Notes: generated by a model not told the origin, from the sequence alone. 64,000 bases of DNA from Lama guanicoe (GCA_013239625.1 MU053347.1:154132-218131); one strand, 5' to 3'; numbered from the stretch's first letter, positions 13,093 to 28,044 are shown. Made by a program: numbers and translations.

Positions 13093-16000
13093 GTCCTGGG
13101 ACAGTCTCATCCCTTTGCTTATAGATGAGATGCTGAATCCAGAGATGCAGAAAAGGCACTGGTTGAGCTGGGGCTGGAGCCGGTGTCTCCTGCCTCCCAG
13201 GCCCAGCACCTGTTCGGCTCAGGCCCTCTCTTCCTGCCCGACAGCCACCATGCCAAGTTAGGACATCAGAAACACCGCCAGGGACTTCTGAATGAACTCC
13301 TTACGCAGGGAAAGGCATGTCACGGAGTATGGGACAGAGCAGTGAAAGATTCCTCCTCATTCTGTCCCTGTGATTAGGTCAACGGCCCCACTTTGCCTCG
13401 GAAGTGTAGACGAGATCTTCTGGGCTGCCCACACCCCCCCCCCACATTCTGCTCTGTTTCCCCGTGTGTCCATCGTGCTGTCCCTCGGGCAGAAGAGGGT
13501 GAGATGCATTTGCCGAGAGGTGGTCCCACTTTGCTGGGGAGAGTGAGGGAAGCTATGTCCCCCCGGCCTACGGCCTCTGGCCTTGAGTCTGGAGAGTGCT
13601 CATGGTGGTCCCACATGTGACGGTTGGAGGACCCTGCACGTGCTGCCGGGCCCGCTGTGGAGGCGGTGTTCTGTGATTCTTGAACTTACCTAAGATCAGA
13701 TCCTGCATTCTGGTTGTTGGTAAGTTGGAGTAGAAGATGCCAGAGAATTGATAAAAAGAAAATCCAGACCGGTCCTGTGAGTGACAGGCACATGGGACCC
13801 GAGTCCCACATGCGTGTGGTGCCTGGCAGGCTCTGGATGAATTTTCAGTTCCTCCCCGGACATACCTCTGTGGCTTAAGGAAGTGGCAAGTCATGTGGCC
13901 ATGATCTGTACTTGTCCTCACAGGGCCCTGTGCTCTAACTCCCACACTTCCCTTCAGCTCCTTAGAGATGAGGTGGCAGTTTTAGGAGCCTGGGCACTGC
14001 TGAGGTCACAGCTACCAGCACAGTGCTACACCGAGGCTGGCTCCATTCACGTCAACTGTCACCTCCTGCTGAGCCCCCATGCATTAGTCAAGGTAGGAGC
14101 AACGGTTCAACGTAAGCAGGGACCACCTTCTCCCCCTGGACAGACTGGTGGTTGAGCAGTGGAAGCCTGGAGCCCTGCGGCAGCCCTTGGCCAGTGCTTC
14201 CTCTTTTGTCATAGGAGGCACTGGTGACATTTTTGCTCAGCAACTGCTTGGCTCTGAGTCTGCAGACCCACCAGAGAATGTCAGCTTGTTTTGCCTTTTG
14301 AAATCTGTCCTTGGGATTTGGCAGAGTAGATGGATGTGTGCTTAGTCAGTAGTGGTTGACACTGTCACCATTGTTTACCCAGTACCTCGTGTACCAGGCA
14401 TGGCTCCCGGCATCAAAATACAGCAGCGCATTAAACCTCCCTCCTGGTGGGTCTGTATGTTCTGGTACCATAAGGGCCAGCATCTGAACGTCAGTGAGAT
14501 AACGCAGCCAGTGAGCTCGGGTCAAGCACGTTCTTCTCCAGTCACTTTTATTCCATTGTTGCTTTTACTATTTCCACAGTCATTAATTTTTAAAACAATG
14601 CTTTGGTGCAGGAGCAGAGCCTAATTCTCTCCTGTTACTCTTGGTGGGAGTGAGAAAAATTGTTCAGCTTGAAATGTGACCACATTTTGTAGCTCAAAAG
14701 CTGTCTCCACGCATCTAGGTGGAGTTTTGGTTAGGGGCGCTGACCACGTTGGGGTCCCCCGGCAGCGCCGCTCCCCTCAGGCCCCTTCCTTCCCTGGAGC
14801 AGGAGGTGATAGTGGGTCTCACCGTCCCCACGTCCCTGTCCTAATCACACACACATAAATTCTTGCAAATACTGTCAGATATTGTTGTTCTCGTGTGTTT
14901 CTAATTTTCGCTGTTCCTCTTTTCCTTTTTCTATTTCCCTTTTTCTCCTGTACCGCCCTGTGAGCATGTTGTTGGTCTGAAAATGTGGGCTGTGCACACC
15001 CTGCATTGGAAATAGCCAGATCGCCCTCTGTGCTGTCTCCATCGCTTTAAAAAGCAAAAACTTAACAGCTGCCTTGATCCATATATTATCCTAGTCATCT
15101 TTTTATTTTCTAGTTTTTTGGAATTTTCGCTCTGTTAGAGCATCATCCACTGGTGTTTGATACCTGTTAAAGTCCTTGCTTTGAGGAACCTGTTTGTTCC
15201 TCCTTATATTTGGTGACAAATGCGCTCTTACTAATTTTGTTTATTTGTTTTGAAGAAGTGAGATGCGAATTGATTTAGGCGGCTGCTGAGGGATTTTTTT
15301 CATGGAGTATTTAAACTTGGAAAGTCAAAATCTGCAGCACCTTGCTTGATTCTGGCTTTTACACAAACCTGCTCGGCACGTGGTTCCTGGCTTGGCTGTC
15401 GCGACGTGCGTGACGGCGCTTCCTGGCCGGCGGTCACTGGTGAGGAAGTGGCCGGCTCGGGGCTGAGCAGCTGCAGGGGACGCTGTTGGAGGAAGCAGTC
15501 ACCGGTTTTTTGTTTTTTGGTTTTTTTTTTGCATTCACCTTCCCGGTGCCATTTACTTTACTTTGCATTCATAGAGGGGCAGGAGCGTGTCTAAAATCCA
15601 TGCCACTCACTTTTTCCCTTTACTAGGCTGGATTTTCTGAGTATCATGACAACATGCCCTCCTCCTAAGTAGCTGGCTCACCTGGATCTGGTGGACACAG
15701 GGACCGCTAAAGGGGACCGTAGCTTCCTCTCTGCTTCAGCCAGTGGGCATTCAGAGCCGGGTCTGTGGTTTGCCTCAGCAGCCGTGCAGGCCTCACTGCA
15801 CCGGCCTTTTCATTTAACCCTCGTTGGCAGTAAATAGCCGACTTTGTGTCTGTTGCAGCTGACGTCCACCACTGACGGCCGTGTCGTTATTTTGCGGTAG
15901 AGTCTCCAACACCCCTGTCAGCCGTGAAGGGACTTTGCATTCTCACCGCTACCCTGGTTCATCTCACCCAGGGGAAGGGTTTGGCCACCACCATCATGCT

Positions 16001-19000
16001 GACCATGAGACCTTGTTTCTCCATTCATGCTGTGGTCCAAATGTCGACACTTCATCTTTCACTGACTTGGTCTCGTTTGAGACAGGCCAGAATTTCTGAA
16101 AGAGTCCATCACGTTCTGGGGGAGAACAGAACAGAAGTAAGCATCGCAAGTAGGAGTCTATGCTATCTGGGTTGCAATGCAGTCTGGGATCTGTGATGGC
16201 TGGGCTGTGCCCTGGAAAGATGCCTTTCCCGTGGCTCCCGAGAGACCAGGGGTCGGAGTGAGAACAGACTTGCCTGGGTTCTGCCATCCTCATCTGCTCA
16301 CTGGCAGTTGTGTCTGCTAACTAGGAGCTCCCCCAGACTTCAGGCCCTTCAAAGTTCATACCACTGGAGAACCTTGAGTCCCTTCTCCTGGCCCTCCTTT
16401 GTGAGAATCCAGTGCCTTCTGAGGTGACCGGCGGCAGGAGATGCCTCCCCCTCCAGGGAGCTCTCTTCGGAGGACTGTGACTCACTGCACCTTGCTGTGA
16501 GCTTGTGGGGTTTCGTCCGTGGTTCTTGCAGAACCAGACCTGAGAATGGCTTAGGGACAGAAATGACAAGATTGATTCCAGGGCAGGGCTGGAGGGAGGG
16601 ATCAGGGGAAATTGAATGTGACCTCAAACACCTAGTTTTGTGCTAGGGCTGTTACTAAAATGGGGAGCCTGTGGGGTACCTACCAGGAATCGAACTCTAG
16701 AGTAAATGGTGGACATGAGGCATTTTTAAGATGTCATTTGTTATCCAAGTTAGGACTTCAAAGAGGCACCAGGTTCTATGACCCTGGGGCTCAGGTGAAG
16801 GAGCCGGACCAGAGATACACGTTGGGAGTCGTCATTCTTAGCTGGTGTTCACAGCCGTGCAGATGGATGAGCTCATCTTGAGAGCTGCAGACTGAGGATG
16901 AGGGAGGGCAGGGCGTGCCTGGTTTGGAGGAAAGCCCAGCCCGTGCAGCTTTGGTGTGTCAGGGGCGTTTGCGATTTTCAGAGCAATGCCATTTATCTTT
17001 AAGGGTCTTGGGGGGTGGGCGGGTCCAGCCAGGAAGAAATCTGAAGGGAGGCTTTTGGCCACGTGTGCGTGTCTTGGGACAATGCAGAGGCTGCAGGCTC
17101 TGGGAGGGGAACCTCCTCAGAAGCTGGAGTCGGAGTAGGAAGTGGGGAGAAGGTAGTCACACTCACCTGTGAGGGTGGGAGGGAGGCCTAGGGAGTCCGC
17201 ACCCTAGTGGGCTCTCTTTCTCACGAACAAAAGGCAATCAGACAGAAGATTTGAGGTGAGAAGGGATGGGCGCTAGGAGAGGAGCCAAAGTGGAGAATGG
17301 TGGTTGAACAGTTCTGGAATACTCTCCCTGCAAAATAGTTTTAAAAAACCCAGACTCTTAAGAACACTGATAGTGACTGGGGAGGAGATACTTCTTTTTC
17401 TGGCCTCCTAAGGGTAAGGCATGTATCTGGGGATACACAGAAGAATCGGGCAGTCTGGTCCGTGGGCTTGACCCTTACCAGGGGGAACAGTGCAAGTTTA
17501 AAGGGGGAGAAGGGCAGCAGGGGGAAACTAGCTGGGCCCCGTGTCAGGTACTAGTCGGCCGCCCTACTTGCTTGTTGCATTCACATCCATGCCTCCCAGG
17601 TGGGCGGTGGCAGCCCCCTTTTGCAGATTGGGAATCCTTCTCAGAGGGGTTAAGGAATTGGCCCGTTTAGTGGCTAGTAAATGCTGTAGCAGGATTCAAT
17701 CAGGGCCTTGTCAGACTTCAAGGGCGTGTTCTCTCTACTAATTCCAGTACCTCCCTGTTGTACCTGGAATGGTGAAGTGAGTCAGTTTCGGAAACTTTCA
17801 GAAAAAGTACAATTTAAGTGCCTCAGGACTGTTTCACAAAGCTCAGTGTTCTTTGCTGGTTTGGAAGCACCACAGTGCTTTTCGCCCCACAGAGGTAAGG
17901 TCTTACTCCTTTGTCGATGACGTGGTTGCAAATGACGTACAGTTGCAAAACCAGACTTAGCAGCTTCTAAAGGGAAACTCTCCAGTTCTCCCTTGATCCG
18001 CTTTCTTCCGCGAGTTGTAACTGTGCTGCAGCATAAGCCTGAGCTTTCCGTATGGAGTGAGGGTTTGATATCCAAAGTTAGCAAAGAAGGGTCAGATGGA
18101 GAAAATCGACGTTGACAATTTATTTTTGGGTTTCATTAGACAAGGTGCACTATCGCTTAATGGCCCATATAACGTATGAAATTGAGTACAGAACATTGCA
18201 TTTCTTACTTTCTACTGAGAGCTGTCTTGCAACATAAGGTTGTCTGCTTTGGAACTTTAGCTCAGCCACTAGGGCGCCTGTCATTGTGTTGGTGTGATTG
18301 CATTTACACAGTGCATGTAATCTGGGCTTCCTCAGCCCCAAACACTCCAGTGCAGAATCATAGGCTGTAGCCATCACTTAGTTATACAAATACTTCTACA
18401 ACTATATGATACAAAAAAAAGAGAGAGAGAGAGAGAGAGATTGCCTTTATCAAAGTTCCTTTGGATTTTAACTGCTAACCATTGTTGAACAGCTCTGGTT
18501 TCCTTTGGATATGAATATATACATTTCTTTGCATGTAACTTGGAATTTAGACTAGAACACCAAGCTCTTGCTTTTCCATGAGCCACAAAAATCTTAGCCA
18601 AATGACATATGTATTAAACATTTTATTCTTTTTTTCTGAGGCAGAATCCTTGAATTTGGGACTTGGGCTATGATTTTGCTTTTTGCTCTTCCCACCCCTC
18701 TTGTCACCTCACTCCTTTTTCCCACATGTCCTCCAAGAGGTCACGGTCTCAGAGAAGCAGGTGGACAAATACCAGTTGGTCGCCAAGTAGTGCTGCTGTA
18801 GATGGAGCCCAGCCAAGAGCTAAAGGTAATCATCAGAGAGGACTTCCTGGAAGAAATTGGCTCTACATTCAGTTCTGAGGACAGAGTAAGAGTCAGCCAG
18901 GAGAAGGAATCAAGAGGGTGACTCAGGTGGCAGGAGCAGCCCGGGCAGAGGCCTGGAGGCTTGTGGGGTGGGGACTTGGGGAGAGTGCCCTGTGTGGTCT

Positions 19001-19623
19001 AGGGTGGAGGGTGTCCCTGCTGGGGAGGACACTGGGGAGGGCCTGGGGGTGGAGGGCTTTGGAGGAGCTTGGTATTTCCTAGAACTGACACAGAGGAGGC
19101 AGTGAAGGGTGTCAGCAGGAAGTGACCCTCAGAAGAGGTACTCCTGGTTTTGCTTCTGATGTTCTACAGAAAGAAGGGGTCGGGATGGGCGAGAGCAGCT
19201 CTGCCTGTCCCTTTGAGACCCACCCCGTCATTCATTTATTCATAACACATGCAATTCTGAGTGTCTAGGGGAGAGGGGGTGGACCCACAATAATAAGCAA
19301 AATGTACTTGTTTCTTGAGAGCTTAGCAGTGTCAGAAGTTGTCTTAGCGTAGAATGTTCTAGGAACACAGCAGGGGCACCTAACCCAAAGTGCGGAGGTT
19401 GGAGGGAAGGAAGGCTTCCTTAACAAACAGTCAAAATGAGCCTGGAGGCAAGTGGGAAGTAGCAGCATGTCAGGGGGCTCCTGAGGTCACTGGGGACCTG
19501 TGTACTGAGGTGAGGCTGGGCGAGCCGGGTCGGGGGTGGGGCTAGAACTCTACCAGGGAGCCTCTGAAGGGTTTGAAGTGGGGTGATTTAATCATATTTG
19601 TGCTTTGGGAAGGCTGCCCTGGC

Positions 19624-19626
<3 letters not shown>

Positions 19627-19657
<31 letters not shown>
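19627..19657. repeat. (TG)n microsatellite
   Basis: About 15 TG units. Confidence 0.95.
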
Positions 19658-19658
<1 letters not shown>

Positions 19659-20843
19659 CGGGGAAGAGGGGAGGTTGCCACCAACTGGTAGGGTAATTAG
19701 AAGACCATTCACAGTCTGGGAGGCCACCAGTGGGAGAGGGGCATCGGGGCTGCTTGGGGACGGCAGGGGCAGTGTGGATGCTGAATTTCCTTATGGGGAG
19801 GGCTTGTTAGCGAGGTCGCTTTAGCAGCGCCTTGTGGCTGGAAGAAAACAGATGGAGGCCGCCAGGTGGAATTCCTCTTCTCTCCTTCCCTGCCTTGTGT
19901 GATGATCTTAGCTCAGCCAACATTTGGAACAGAAGAGCTAAGTTCCAGGGTAGCCCAGGACTTTGTTGAGCTCGTTCGAGGGAGATCTGATAGGATTTAG
20001 GCTTGTGCTGAAATCTGCATGTTCACTTAGCTAGAAAAGTCCCGTCTTTTGGATTTCCATAGGGGTATTTATTCTTCATAAAGATTGCTTTCTTGGTGAG
20101 AGGAAATTTAATACAGCTGTTGTCTTTATCAAAAAAATCTTATCTTTTAAGAAATTTAATATTCAAAAGAATAGGAAAATTTAAAATGATAAAGTTAGGC
20201 TTTGGTGTAGTTTCTTTGGTTTCTGAGTTAATGTAGAGTTAGAGCCTTTGCATTACTTAATAGCACATCCTTGTCAGTATCTAAAGAGCTGTTAGTGAAC
20301 ACCCCAGGCCCCGCTTCTCAAAGCATCATTAAAGCTTGCTCTGAAATAGTGAATCATAAATGTCTTGTTTGCAGAATCCAAACAGTTGGTTTATAATCTG
20401 AAGCATAGCTCCCTTTATAAAATAATAATAGGTTCAAAATTAAGAAAGTGGAAGATAATGGATTTTTTTTAAAGCTGAAACATAAACTTTCTTGTGCTAA
20501 TGTTGCAACTGGAAATTTCGAAAAGAAAAATCCTACTGTAATAACATCTACGTGAAATATATATATGTCTATCACGTTTGAAATGTAACTGCGCAGTGTT
20601 TTTTGAAGTCAGGACAATTCCAGCTGAGATACTGGCAGTGATGTTTGCTGGTTTTCAATGGAAGACCCTAAATTTGCCTTCTTAGCTGTATTCTTTTCTT
20701 TTCTGTTCTCTCTCTCTATTTTTTTTTCTTCTTTTTTTGTAAAGAGAGGGCTGAGTAGTGCTTAGCCAGCATGATTTTGGGGTAGTTTTGTGGCAGATAT
20801 CGTGCACCAGCAGTGAGATATTTTCATGCATTTTACTTTCCGG

Positions 20844-20964
20844 TCATCACCAGGGCACATGTGGGGTTTGTGCCTGCAGGCTGGGATGCTGCAGGACTCC
20901 CTGGTCCATCACCATTATGTCTTGGAGCTGCTCCAGTCAGTGAATGACTTTCTGTGGCTTGGAG
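20844..20964 (+). pseudogene. TRAPPC9: TRAPPC9-like pseudogene exon 3 equivalent
   Basis: [15 protein letters not shown]...[14 protein letters not shown] versus TRAPPC9 [32 protein letters not shown]; donor G|GTAAGG intact; acceptor appears as GG rather than AG; 5' deletions and a frameshift. Confidence 0.93.
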
Positions 20965-21309
20965 GTAAGGTGATCTGATGCAGATGATCAGATGTGTAAC
21001 TAAAGAACTGTTACTTGAAATAAGAGAAAACCTAGCAAAAATGGCTCTAAAACACAAGATGAGGGAGGAGAATTGGCTGAGCTTCTTGCAGTGGGGAATA
21101 TTCTCAGGTGACTCCCTCATTGTGTCTCCTGTCACTCTCCCCCACAGCCCTGCAAGGCTGTCATGCTGAAGCAACCATGCACTTTCTCAGAAACGCGCTG
21201 AATTTCCTTGTGCCTCTGTTTGTTGGCTTTTTTTTTTTGAAAGCACATCTTGCCCTTTGCTTAAATGCCATCCATGCTAGTCACCTCTTACACTCATTCT
21301 TCTGGACCT

Positions 21310-21865
21310 CGTCCATATATAGCTGCTGAATGGATGAACAGAATATAGTATCTCCATGTAGTGGAACATTATTCAGACGTAAGAGTGAATAAAAATGGAA
21401 AAATAAATAAAGGGGAATATGGAAAAAGCCACCTGCTCTGGGAAGTCCACCCTGACTGCTCAAACGGCCCTTTTCCCTTTGAAATCCCACCACTTATGCT
21501 CCACTCTACTCTTTTTGATAGTACTTACCACCTTCTAATAAACTTTAACGTTTTCAAAAAAAAAAAGAGAGAGAGATGCTGAAACCACTTCAAAATGGAC
21601 AAGCCTTGATAACAGCATGTTAAGTGAAAGGAACCAGACACAAACGGCCACATATTGTTGATTTCAGTGATCTGAAATGCCCAGAATAGGCACATGCAGA
21701 GGCAGAGAGCAGGTGATGGTTGCAAGGGGCTGGGTGGAGGGGGATAAAGGAGTGACTGCTAGTGACAGAGGGATTCTTTTGGGGTGATGAATTGTTCTGG
21801 AAATAGATGGTGGTGAGGGCTGCACAACCGTGAGTGTGCAGAAGACTACTGAGCGCTGTGTCTGG
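21310..21865 (+). mobile_element. Old L1M 3'-end fragment
   Basis: tgaatggatgaacagaatatagt...taagtgaaaggaaccagacacaa...gttctggaaatagatggtggtga, typical L1MB/MC 3' end. Confidence 0.75.
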
Positions 21866-22929
21866 GAGTGCCTGTGCTTGGGGCGGCTTTATTTTGTTCT
21901 CATCCTGCATTGTGAAGAGTCATCTTGTGCTGAGGCCATTCTACTCCTGTGAGAGGTGAGGCTCAGAGACTTTGAAGAGTCATGTGTTATTATCCCCCTT
22001 GCTGAGTGTAGGCAAAGTAGGTTTAAGCCTGAGAAAGTGCTCCATCTGCAGAAATGTTTTTTAGTTTTGCATGGTGTAAAAATCTTGAGAGCTTTTTAGT
22101 CGTTGAGGGCAGTCTGTGGGGGGAAACAGCCCGTGAAGCCTGGGTGATACCTGGAAGTGCCGCGCTTCCCTCCCAGACATGGGTAGGGATTTCACCCCCG
22201 TTCAGGCAGAGAAGGGCCCAGACCCGTGAGCAGAGTTGACAGTCATGAGTATTTACGTGTATCCATTGCTTCATCTTGGATATTAATTTCAAGCTGAGTC
22301 AGTTTGTGGTGGCAGCCTCATCCTACATCAGGAATTTATAGGATCTGCTCTTTGAGGTGAATACCAGACAGACTTGATTATTTAATAGTCTCTCTTCAAT
22401 TGATATCTCAGATTCCTTTGTCAATAGTAAAACAGCAGAAATACAGACATCCTTTAATGCCGATGTGACCTGGGGCATATTTAGTCTCTGTGCCTCAGTG
22501 GCCTTATCTGTGGGTGCGGAAGATGATAACAGTGCTTCCCTCAGAGGGGCTGGTGAGGGGGGAGTGAGGAACACAAAGGGAGGACTTACAGGAGATGCTC
22601 ATGGATGACAAAATTAAGTGCTCTCAGCCTGGTGAGGCCTCAGGGGCAGAGATGTCAGAACAGAGCATTCCTAGCCGGAGCTCGATCCGTGTTGGCAGCT
22701 GTTATGATCAGCATCACCACTGTGGATTATCAGGTAGTTTTAAGACTTGGTAATATGAATTCATGAATAATGTTAAAAGACTAGACAACTCAGATCCGGT
22801 TTACATAGTTCTCAAGATTTCCTCTGAGAAATGGATGTTTTATTCCCCATCTTAAATCTGAGTTGATTCTCTAAAAAATTTCTGTATTCCTCCATCTTTT
22901 AGCTTTAATTCTCCATTTCTTAAGAAAAA

Positions 22930-23017
22930 AATTTTTAAATGGAGTTACTGGGGTCTGAACTGTGGGCCTCATGCATGCTGAGCACATACTCTCTCAAGTG
23001 AGGTATAATCTCCCCCC
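22930..23017 (-). mobile_element. tRNA-derived SINE (Vic-1-like), diverged
   Basis: atggagttactggggtctgaactgtgggcctcatgcatgctgagcacatactct; homologous to the 11430 copy. Confidence 0.7.
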
Positions 23018-26000
23018 TGATTTTTTTTAAAATTTACTTTCTTAGTATTCAGAGGTTAGAGGTCTCTAATTATTTTTCTGGAGACTTGTCCATGAACCTG
23101 TAAATCTATAATTAGTGGACAAAATTTGGTTTATTTAAAAACTCAATAGAACATTCTGTAATCTATTCAAAAGTAAAAGTTCATTGACATAAAATGTTTC
23201 TCCTTTATGGTGATTTCTAATTTTTGGTCTGGCTTAACTTATTAACAGCCATCCTCTTCATCATAATTACCAAACTAGCTCTGAGTGGACACCTACGTAA
23301 GGCTAAAATGCTTTCCTCATGTTTTACTTCATAGCAGGTGTTTGAGTGTAAGTATCAGTGTCTCCTTTTTTGCAGCTGAGAGATTGAGAGATGGGGTAGC
23401 TTTTCCCAAATCTCACACAGCTGGTGCTGGCAGGCTTAGTGCTGGAAACCAGGCTGCACAGGATGCATTCTCAATTGCTCCTCTGATCAGCCTCCCTTTG
23501 AGTGGTTTCCTGATCTCCTGTGACTCCATAAATTGCTGATTTTAGCTATCTCAGCCTGTTGAAGCCTTCAAAGGAGAAACACCAGTGAGAATGTGAGACA
23601 GAGTGGCATAAATTAAAATTGTACATTTTCACAAATGTTGCATTCTCAGGTAATGGCTTAAATAGTTTATATTTTTTTATTTTAGTGCTCTGTAAACACT
23701 AAAAACAAAACATTAGATTATAGTGCAAAATAGGAATGGGCTTTGAAAGCCCAACCATTGCTAATGATGTTGCTTGTTTTTCTCTAGTGGTGCTTATTGA
23801 CAGAAAAATTTACAAAGACTGAATTGAATTTATGTAGTCTTAGTATGTAAAAAAAGTTTGTCAGTGAATATTGTAAGTAAAATCTTTACTCTTTTCTTTC
23901 CTGATGATGAATATGTAAGTTGTTTTCATGGCTTAAGTACATTTCCTCATTTTTGAAATTTGAGTGATGCCGTTTACCTTGTCTGACTGTGAAAGGTAGA
24001 TGCCTTGTATACGAAGCACCCAAGAGCTGCTTAGTAAAAAGGTGCCGTCACAATGACAGATAGTTTAGAAGGATCAACTCTGAATACTAAAGAGGGTGGC
24101 TTGTTTCTGATGCATATTCAATATGGATATATATGAATATATGAATATGGCTTATAGTAACAAGGATTCAGGGTTTTGTGTGTGTGTGCAGTATGAAGTT
24201 TTAATGAAATCTGTATCATTCTAGTGAGACAGGGTCTAGTAAAATCGCCTTAAGCAGACGGCCTTGAAGATTATTTACACAGAATGTGAATTGTTACAAC
24301 TCAGAATTCATGTTGCCGTGTAACCATCTACTCAGACATTTAAATTCGTAGGAATCTGACCAGAAGCATTAAGTTTAGAAAAATCCACATTGATCATTTT
24401 CAGGGAATAAGCTTCTCTCTTTTGTGATTAAAGAAAATTTTGATTTATTTTTCTGCACTCTTAATAGGTTTTAAAATATCAAAACGTTGATTTAACATGT
24501 CACTTTTTTTAATAGAATAAAGCTCATGCTGTTTTAATGTGCAAATAAATGTTTTTGTATTTCAATACACTTGTATGATTTCCTGACACTTTGAGAAGTA
24601 TTTTGCAAGATACTTAGATTACCTACTGTTGGAAAAATACAGACGTGACTTTTATGAATATAGGCCTAGTACAGGTCTGTTGGTTTTTGCTACAGTGCAA
24701 GACATGAGGCCTAGGAGAGCTATGCTGCCAATTGCCAGGAGGACAGATCCCAAATCTCAGTCTCCCCTTCAGTAAAATGAAGTGGCTGGACTGTATTCTT
24801 TCCTCTTCTAAGATGAGTTTCCATGAGACTGTGTCTTTTGTTTATATTCAGGAGTATTAGCAATGTCAGATTAAATACTGAATACCCCTCCCTTCCCCGA
24901 AGTGAAGTGCAGTATGTGCTAAATATCCTTTTAGTTATCTGATTCTCGTTTCTCATCCTACAGGGAATTTTTGTGTTGCATCTTTCCCGGCAACCTGGAA
25001 GGTCTTTTTAGCCATAGGTGGCGCTGTTGCACTTTCTTACAGTCTTAATTTTCCTTTTTGTAAAAGAAGGCTTAACCAAAGTTATTTTGTTTTGATTCCT
25101 TTGCTTAGTGCTTCAGAATAGCACAATGTCCATTATGTCTGTCTACCTGGAAAAATTATTCTGCCTATATATTAGTTTTATTCTGTCATCTCTCTGTGAA
25201 CATTTCAGACGTGCTGTGCAAACAATGGCAAAATCGGACTTCTCTTCCAGTGATAGAAACCAGTGAGCTGGGATTTTATAAAAGAGCTAGAAGCGGCCTC
25301 TGGAGCAACTGAAAGCTGAAAAGTGTGTTGAGTTCCCTGAGTATTGACCCCGCTGCTGTGTGTTAATTGGTGGTAGGAGATTTGGTACATATAGGAAGGG
25401 GTGTAGTGTTTTGACTTGGGTTTGGGTGCACGTGCTGCCACTGAGCCACGTGAGCCTGAGTCAGTTCGTTCTGAGTTTTTCCCTCGTCTGTGAGATGGGG
25501 ACATTCGTATCTGCTTTGTAGAATTGTGAGAATTAGAAATTATGTAAAGTGTTTACCGCAGTGGGTATGTCAAGAGGGCTCATAAACTTTAGCTGCTGTT
25601 TGGTGTGAAGCCATCATTTTACAGTCTTTGGCAATTACTAAGAAACAGGAAAATTAGAAAAGCTGGTTTTATGATGAAAGATATTTGAGTAGGTTCCATA
25701 GTTCCTATACCCATAATTTAGCATCAGCAGAGTCAGAACTGTTACACAGTCACCCTGAAACAACGTTAAGCCACAGAATTTTTTGTTACTTCATATATGT
25801 TGGGGCCTAAAGGGATCCAATACTTATACACATGTTGTCTCCAGCAGCCAACTGACAGATGACACAAAAGACTAGGCAGGCGAAAAATGTCTTCTTTGTT
25901 ACTGATGAAGCCACGTTCTCTATGAACTTCAGGGCTGTGGGTAAATGAGTGTCATGATACTGTGTCCCAGAAATAGAGACTCACCCTGTCCCAGGTATCT

Positions 26001-28044
26001 CTGGGTCACAGCGAGCCTTCCCTTGAGAGGATCTGCCAATCATGCACAGGGCTGTCCTGCCATGGAGCTGAGCATCCAGGGTGCTTCCCAAGGGTGGCCA
26101 ACACTGGAGGGAAAGGAAGGGTTTCACATGCCCTGCTTCTCTCCCTGGACTCACACCTCACTCTGTTAGTGTGAGGAGGGCTAGCTGTGGGCCAGGGGCC
26201 AGGGGTGTGAAGGGAGAAGCACTCTCCATGGCCCAGAGGAGTGGGGAGGAGACATCCCCTCCCTCAGTTTAAACAGGTGGTGGGATGGAACCGAAGGGTA
26301 TTCCCCAAGAGTTTATAAAAGGAGAAATAAGGATTTCCTTTGGGACTTAGTCTAGCCAGGAAACACAGAAGATGATTAGAAAGGAGACTTGTAAACCACT
26401 GTAATATTAATTTGACATTTGTTGAGCACCCAAAATGTGCTACATTCTTTTCTGAGCGTTTTACAGAAATGAATCCTTCAATCTTCTCAACAAGCGAGTA
26501 AGGAAGGTTTGCTTGTTATCCTAGTTTTACAGTGTGGAAATTGAGGCACACAGAGGGTAAGTTGGCCAGGGTCACAGAACTAGTAAGTGGCAGAGCTGGA
26601 ATTTTAATCCTGGTTGCCTGGTTTTGAGGCTCCCAGAATGGGCTTTGTGTGCTTAGATATATCTGCATCCCTGGTTTTCTGTAAGTCTGTGCATCAGTTA
26701 GCCCAGAAAGGACAGGGAAAGGAGAGTTATATAGGTGCTCACAGTCGTGTCTCGGCCACTGTCCATGAAGAGTGCACCGTGATTGGCGTTGTTTTCCAGG
26801 CAGTAGATCTGTTGGTATAACAGAAATTTAGTCCATTGAGTTAATCTAGAAACCCTTCCTGCTCTGCTTCTGTCCACGCTTGCCATGTGACTCCCTGCCT
26901 GTGATTGGGCCGTGGAGCAGAACATGCAATCATGGTTGAACTCTGATATTTCAGTCTGGTTCATAGTTTCACATCTTCTGTTACATTAAAAATTTAAATT
27001 TCAGTGTCTCATCAGTTTGGTTAATGTGAAACCAGTCCATGGGAGCCCAGGGGTAATGACAGTATAATTTCTTAGCATGTTGTGGCACTTCTAGACGTGC
27101 AGACCTGACTGAAGGATGTCCGGCTTCCTCACTGATTTCTCCCAACAGCAGGGTCCTCTCCCACCCCAGGATGTGAGGCTGGGAGCTCTCTGAGTAGGCC
27201 AGTCAGAGGCCAAGTCCACCAATCAGAAAATGATGAAGTACCTGGAAGTGGGATTAATAGAAGTAAAGGACTTCCATGTAGTCCGATGGGCTGTTCGAGT
27301 AATTTGATGAAAAGCTGTCCACTGTCTGTGGTTGAGCTGCTTCTTTGCTGTAGAAAAGTCTGGATTAGATGAAGGGATTTTAAAACACAGAAAGGAGTGA
27401 TTTCAGGTGGTACATTCTCCCCGGTGAGAAGTGATGGGCGACCGCCTGTGTGAGGCATAGACAGAGTCTTACAAACATCATAAAACAGCTTTAAAAGCTC
27501 TTCCATCTGAGTGCACTTCATAAGGGGTCCAGTTCATCACTGGTCGCGCTAAGAGGGCAAGTAACTGATCATGGCAGAAAGGACACGGAGGCATCAAAAA
27601 GGTCTAAGTCATTTTCCCTTTTTCAATGATTCGGCACAGTGTAATATATTTGAGCTGGTTTTTCACTGAAAAATTTTCAGTGTTTTCTAGGACTCCACAG
27701 TGCCCCAAGGTTCCATGCAGCTGGGTGTCCCCTCAGAGCAGCTCCGTCAGCGCTTGCCCTGGGCTGACGTGGTGTCATGGGGAGCAGGACGGTCAGCGTC
27801 CCCGGCTCCTCCGAGCTCCGTCCCCTCATCCGCAGCGCCGGGTTTCTCATCCATGTCTACTTAGTAGGGTTGCTGAGAATCACACGTGATGGTTGTCAGG
27901 AGTGATTTGTGGTTGTGTCTGTGATTGGCATATAGTCAATATTTGATAGAAACACTTGGTTTTTTATTGTAATTGTGGCTCCTAGATTGCAGTGGTTTTT
28001 AGTCTGCATTTTTTATAACTTTACTCTTAGTTTTAAATATGCAC

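Noticed and set aside
25140..25268. Possible TRAPPC9 exon 4 remnant (ctacctggaa...ttctgtcatct...gatagaaaccag)
   Set aside because: Only short scattered matches; no convincing ALEGLCSASVIYHYPGG translation or acceptor; needs a real alignment
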